Origin: Scyliorhinus canicula
Taxonomy: Eukaryota
Assembly (NCBI RefSeq): GCF_902713615.1
Contig: NC_052152.1
Coordinates: forward strand, 60,236,818 to 60,300,817
Direction of reading: 5' to 3'
Length of the DNA stretch: 64,000 bases
The notes under the pieces were generated by a model. The model searched no databases and was not told the DNA's origin. It saw only the letters and a list, made by a program, of their open reading frames with translations. Both the position numbers and the translations under genes were made by a program. This document shows positions 60,211-64,000 of this stretch, piece by piece (position 1 is the first letter of the stretch; the number at the start of each line of letters is the position of its first letter).

Positions 60211-61060
60211 AAGGAAATATTTGCAAAATCCTCAATATCTTTCTGCAAAGCTGCCGTTTCTTTTTTATTGGAGCTTGCCCCATCCAATGGAAAAGCGGGA
60301 GAGTGACGGTGTTCTGTTTCATTACCTTGTTCTTTGGTGAGTGAGCAAGTGAGCCCATTGTTATTGACAGAACAATATCGAGTTTGTAAAGAGCTGCGTC
60401 CCTGCTCACGCTGTTTAGAGCTGGGAAGCTCTCTTTAGACTCTGCTGTCAAAAGAATAATTACGTCAAACCACGTGGCAACACAGGACACACCAAATCCC
60501 ATTGAACGACAAACATAACCGTCAACAAACTCCCAATCAGGATCCTGAGGACTAGTAATGGGAAAGGAGCCCGGGGTCTCAACCAGGTTAGCCCATCGTC
60601 CTCTTAAAAACAAAACTCCCGCGGGGAAGCAATTCTGTGTGAAAACAATGACATATTCCTGGAGGACAATCTGGTAAATATCTAAGGCGGGAAGAGCAAA
60701 TCCAATGTGGAGGGAGGTTTTTGTTTGAAGACCAATAAGAATCGAGCTTGAAAGTAATCAAGGGACAGACCTTGCTCGGTAACTTCCCTAAAAATGCTGT
60801 GTGGCAAGATAGTCGAGCTTGGTCCTCCGTAAAAATGACAGCTCATATAGTATTTATCGGCCATATGGCCAACTCATTATGTAGGCCGTGACCCCTGAAG
60901 CAGTGTCGAGCTCTGGTCTGTATCACGAACACTGGTTCCGTTCCGGTCAGCTGAGCACAGTGAAAACATCCATTCAAGCAGAGAGAGGGGTTGAGACTAA
61001 CCCCCAGTTTAAGGGAACTGTATGTAGTATGAGAAAGGTTGAAAAAGCGCCAACTCACGA
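60207..61060 (-). pseudogene. Decayed ~280-codon gene of unknown function; best preserved frame in the block
   Basis: Stop-free stretch of about 189 codons (60758-60191): LIGLQTKTSLHIGFALPALDIYQIVLQEYVIVFTQNCFPAGVLFLRGRWANLVETPGSFPITSPQDPDWEFVDGYVC... Probable true end after a frameshift: KKETAALQKDIEDFANISF TAA (60209-60207). Confidence 0.45.
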
Positions 61061-61941
61061 GGCTTAAAAGTGCACAAGAAAGCTCTGTGAAAAGGTACTA
61101 AGTGGAATATAAAGGGTTAATCAGAAGCATTGTTCGGGCGTAAAAAACAAACACAGCAGTTGGACAAGGGGGCCCGGTTATAAACTGAGAAAAGGCAAGT
61201 CCAGGACTGATGTCAGAAAGCACCCTTTCTTGCAGAGCGAGCAATATCTGTAATAATTTTCAATGTAATGCAGCAAAGGCAAAAACTCTGGGGCAATGAT
61301 GGACGAGGAAACCTATGGAACCTGTGAGCTCGATAGGCCAAATCGCCTCCCACTCTGCTTGCGAGGATATCTGTGAAAAGTCAACCAGGTCAAATAGTGT
61401 AAAGTAGAAACTATACCCCACTATTGGATCAGGCCATCTCCATCCAACTGGAGTAAATGCAAGTCCTCCAAAGACCCTGATGTTTCACCTTTTGAATAAC
61501 TTTAATACCTGCTGTATATTGTTTAAAATGTTAAAAACTGTTCTTTTCCTTAACTATTTCATGTTTGTAACACATTTCAATCATAGATATTTTACATTAA
61601 CAAAAGTGTGGCACCTAGAACGACAGAAAATGAATTAATGCAACAGAGTTATATGTGTTACATGGTTTGGTATTTTCTGCTTGGCTAAAAATCCTACTAT
61701 TTTCTAGGATGTTGAATATAATTAATTGCACAGCAACATCCAGACCACACAGTTATGGGACATCATCAGAGAGATTTGGAGCATTGAATGCATTACTATA
61801 GGGAACTGTTGAGGCAGAGACCATGGCATCTTTTAAGGGAAGAACAGATAAGCATTTGAAGCATAGAAACCACAGAGCTACCGGGAAGCAGAATAATGGG
61901 ATTAGATTTAGATTGCTCCTTTAAAGGGCCAGCAGAGACAT

Positions 61942-62279
61942 CATAGAATTTACAGTGCAGTAGAAGGCCATTCAGCCCATTGAGTCTGCACTGGCCCTTG
62001 GAAAGAGCACCCTACTTAAGCCCACACCTCCACCCTATCCCCTTAACCCAGTAACCCCACCTCACCTTTTTTGGATACTAAGGACAATTTATCATGGCCA
62101 ATCCACCTAACCTGTACATTTTTGGACTGTGGGAGGAAACTGGAGCACCCGGAGGAAACCCACGCACACACAGGGAGAACATGCAGACTCCACACAGACA
62201 GTGACCCAAGCCGGGAATCGAACCTGGGACCCAGGAGCTGTGAAGCAACTGTGCTAACCACTAGGCTACCATGCTGCCC
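61942..62279 (-). mobile_element. HE1-like V-SINE, long variant
   Basis: Reverse-complement full element. Confidence 0.9.
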
Positions 62280-62479
62280 TGATGGGCGAAATTATCTACT
62301 TTGTGCTGTAACTCATTGTGATATCAGTCTGGTGTTTTTGCTGATGTCCTAATTTGAGTTTTTATATCCTCCTGTCCCCTATGGTCTAAATACTGTAATT
62401 TTTCAGCGTTCTGTCCGCTGAGAAGTAAGCCTACTGCGTTAACACTTTTCCATTTTCAGTGTTAACCTGTTCTAATCAT

Positions 62480-63840
62480 TAACAAGCATTCAAATAACAC
62501 CTGTACTGTGGTGAAACAGCCTAAGGTGCTTTACAGAAGCATGATCAGACAAAAATTGACAATGAGCAAAAAAGGAGATATTAAGAAAACTGACTAAAAT
62601 CTTGGTCTTAGGTGGATTTTAAGGAGTGTCTCAAAAGGATACGAATGAATTGGAGAGGCGTGACTGGTTCAAGAGGAGAATTTTAGAGTTAAGATGTAGA
62701 TAGCTAAAGGCACAACTGCAAATTGTAGGGATATGGGAGTGGAGGATGATTCCACGACTGGCGGGGTTTGCAAAGTTGGGGATTGCCATTCAACACAGCA
62801 ATGAAAATTTAAAATTAGAGCCACTGGAGGACTGGAAGCCAAGGGAGAACATTGGAATAGTAGAGTCTGGAGGTGAGAACAGTGTGGTTGAGGGTTTCAG
62901 CAGAAGCTAGGCTGAAGTAGTTTCAGAGATAGATATTATAAAAATAAAAATAGGCAGTATTTGTGATGTAGAGCATTTGGGTTTGAAACTCAAGCTGAGG
63001 TTGAATAAGCTACTAAAATTGTAAACATTTTGATTTAGCCTGAGATGGTGGCTGAGGAAGGCTGAAATCAATGGGGAAGGAACGGAGGTCCAGGAGTGAA
63101 GGATGTAAAGCCAATGACTTTACTCTTCACAATGTTTAATTAGAGAAAATTACAGTTCATTCAGGACTGCACGTTAGATAAAGAGGTTTGACAACTTCAG
63201 TAGCAGTGGATAGGTTAAGTGAGATAACGCTGGCTATCATTAATGTGTCGATGGAATCTGACTCCATGTCTCAGGATGAGGTCGCTGAGTGGCAGATATA
63301 GATGCACGAACAGAGGACTCAGGATAGATTCTTGCGGAGTGGACGGCATGGTGACACAGTAGTTAACACTGCTGCCTACGGCGCTGAGGACCCAGGCTCG
63401 ATCCTGGCCCCCGGTCACTATGTGTGGAGTTTGCACATTCTCCCATGTCAGCGTGGGTTTCCCCCTACAACTCAAAGATGTGCAGGTTAGGTGGATTGGC
63501 CACACTAAATTATCCCTTAATTGGAAAAAGAATAATTGGGTACTCTAAATTTATTTTTTTTAAAGGATAGATTCTTGGGGGGCTTAAGTGGTAATATTGT
63601 GGGAGTAGCAAGAGAAGCTACTGCTGGACATTCTCTGACTATGATTGGATAGGTAAGAGTGGACCCAAACAAAGAAAGCCCACTAAACTGGACAATGGAA
63701 AAGACAATGCAGGAGGATCATGTGGCTGACCATGTCAAAGGCTGAAGAGAGATAGAAAGAATGAGTGTATTATGTTACAGTAACAGGATGTCGTTTGTGG
63801 TTTTGATTAGGATTATTTCAATGCTATGGCAGAAATAGAA
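62480..63840 (-). mobile_element. Old L2 LINE remnant with short SINE at 63341-63563 (plus)
   Basis: PQESILSPL..YLPLSDLILRHGVRFHRHINDSQRYLT corresponds to the L2 RT PQGSILGP..YADDTQLY region; SINE flanked by aggatagattcttg. Confidence 0.7.
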
Positions 63841-63847
63841 ATCTGAT

Positions 63848-64000
63848 GGGCAGCACGGTAGCGCAGTGGATTAGCCCTGTTGCCTCACGGTGCCGAGGTC
63901 CCAGGTTTGATCCCGGCTCTGTGTCACTGTCCGTGTGGAGTTTGCACATTCTCCCCGTATTTGCGTGGGTTTCGCCCCACAACCCAAAGATGTGCAGGTT
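63848..64000 (+). mobile_element. HE1-like short SINE, cut by window end
   Basis: Head and start of V-domain. Confidence 0.9.

Larger units (their letters stand above)
58600..61080. mobile_element. Putative endogenous dsDNA virus fragment (right block)
   Basis: About 16 CpG in 59941-60180 (hand count). No SINE/LINE. Decayed frames arranged -,+,-. Convergent stops overlapping at TTAA 60207-60210. Confidence 0.55.

Overview
Vertebrate, repeat-dense DNA with no recognisable host gene. The repeat inventory points to a cartilaginous fish, probably a catshark-like shark (inference). It comprises many tRNA-headed V-SINE/HE1-like SINEs, CR1, L2, L1/Tx1-like and Rex1/Babar LINE fragments, Penelope elements with hammerhead ribozymes, Ty3/Gypsy elements and solo LTRs, and Harbinger and hAT-type DNA transposon remnants. 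Most ORFs in the track are antisense or out-of-frame readings of these repeats. Two blocks fit no repeat class: 1-~3440 and ~58600-61080. Both are CpG-rich and SINE-free, and both are packed with decayed, apparently intronless reading frames on alternating strands whose stop codons overlap tail-to-tail next to poly(A) signals. The left block contains a frameshifted frame resembling an adenovirus-type (adenain/CE-clan) cysteine protease. The right block runs into a basic KRKSRKRKKMRGG motif matching the adenain cleavage consensus. My best hypothesis is that these are fossil fragments of an endogenised dsDNA virus, which needs profile searches to confirm. Other notable structures are a complete Gypsy provirus with a fold-back in place of a tRNA primer-binding site, several minimal Penelope hammerhead ribozymes, and an L1 copy rearranged by an inverted duplication next to an orphan hAT end. 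All coordinates and translations were read by eye, so boundaries of decayed elements are approximate.
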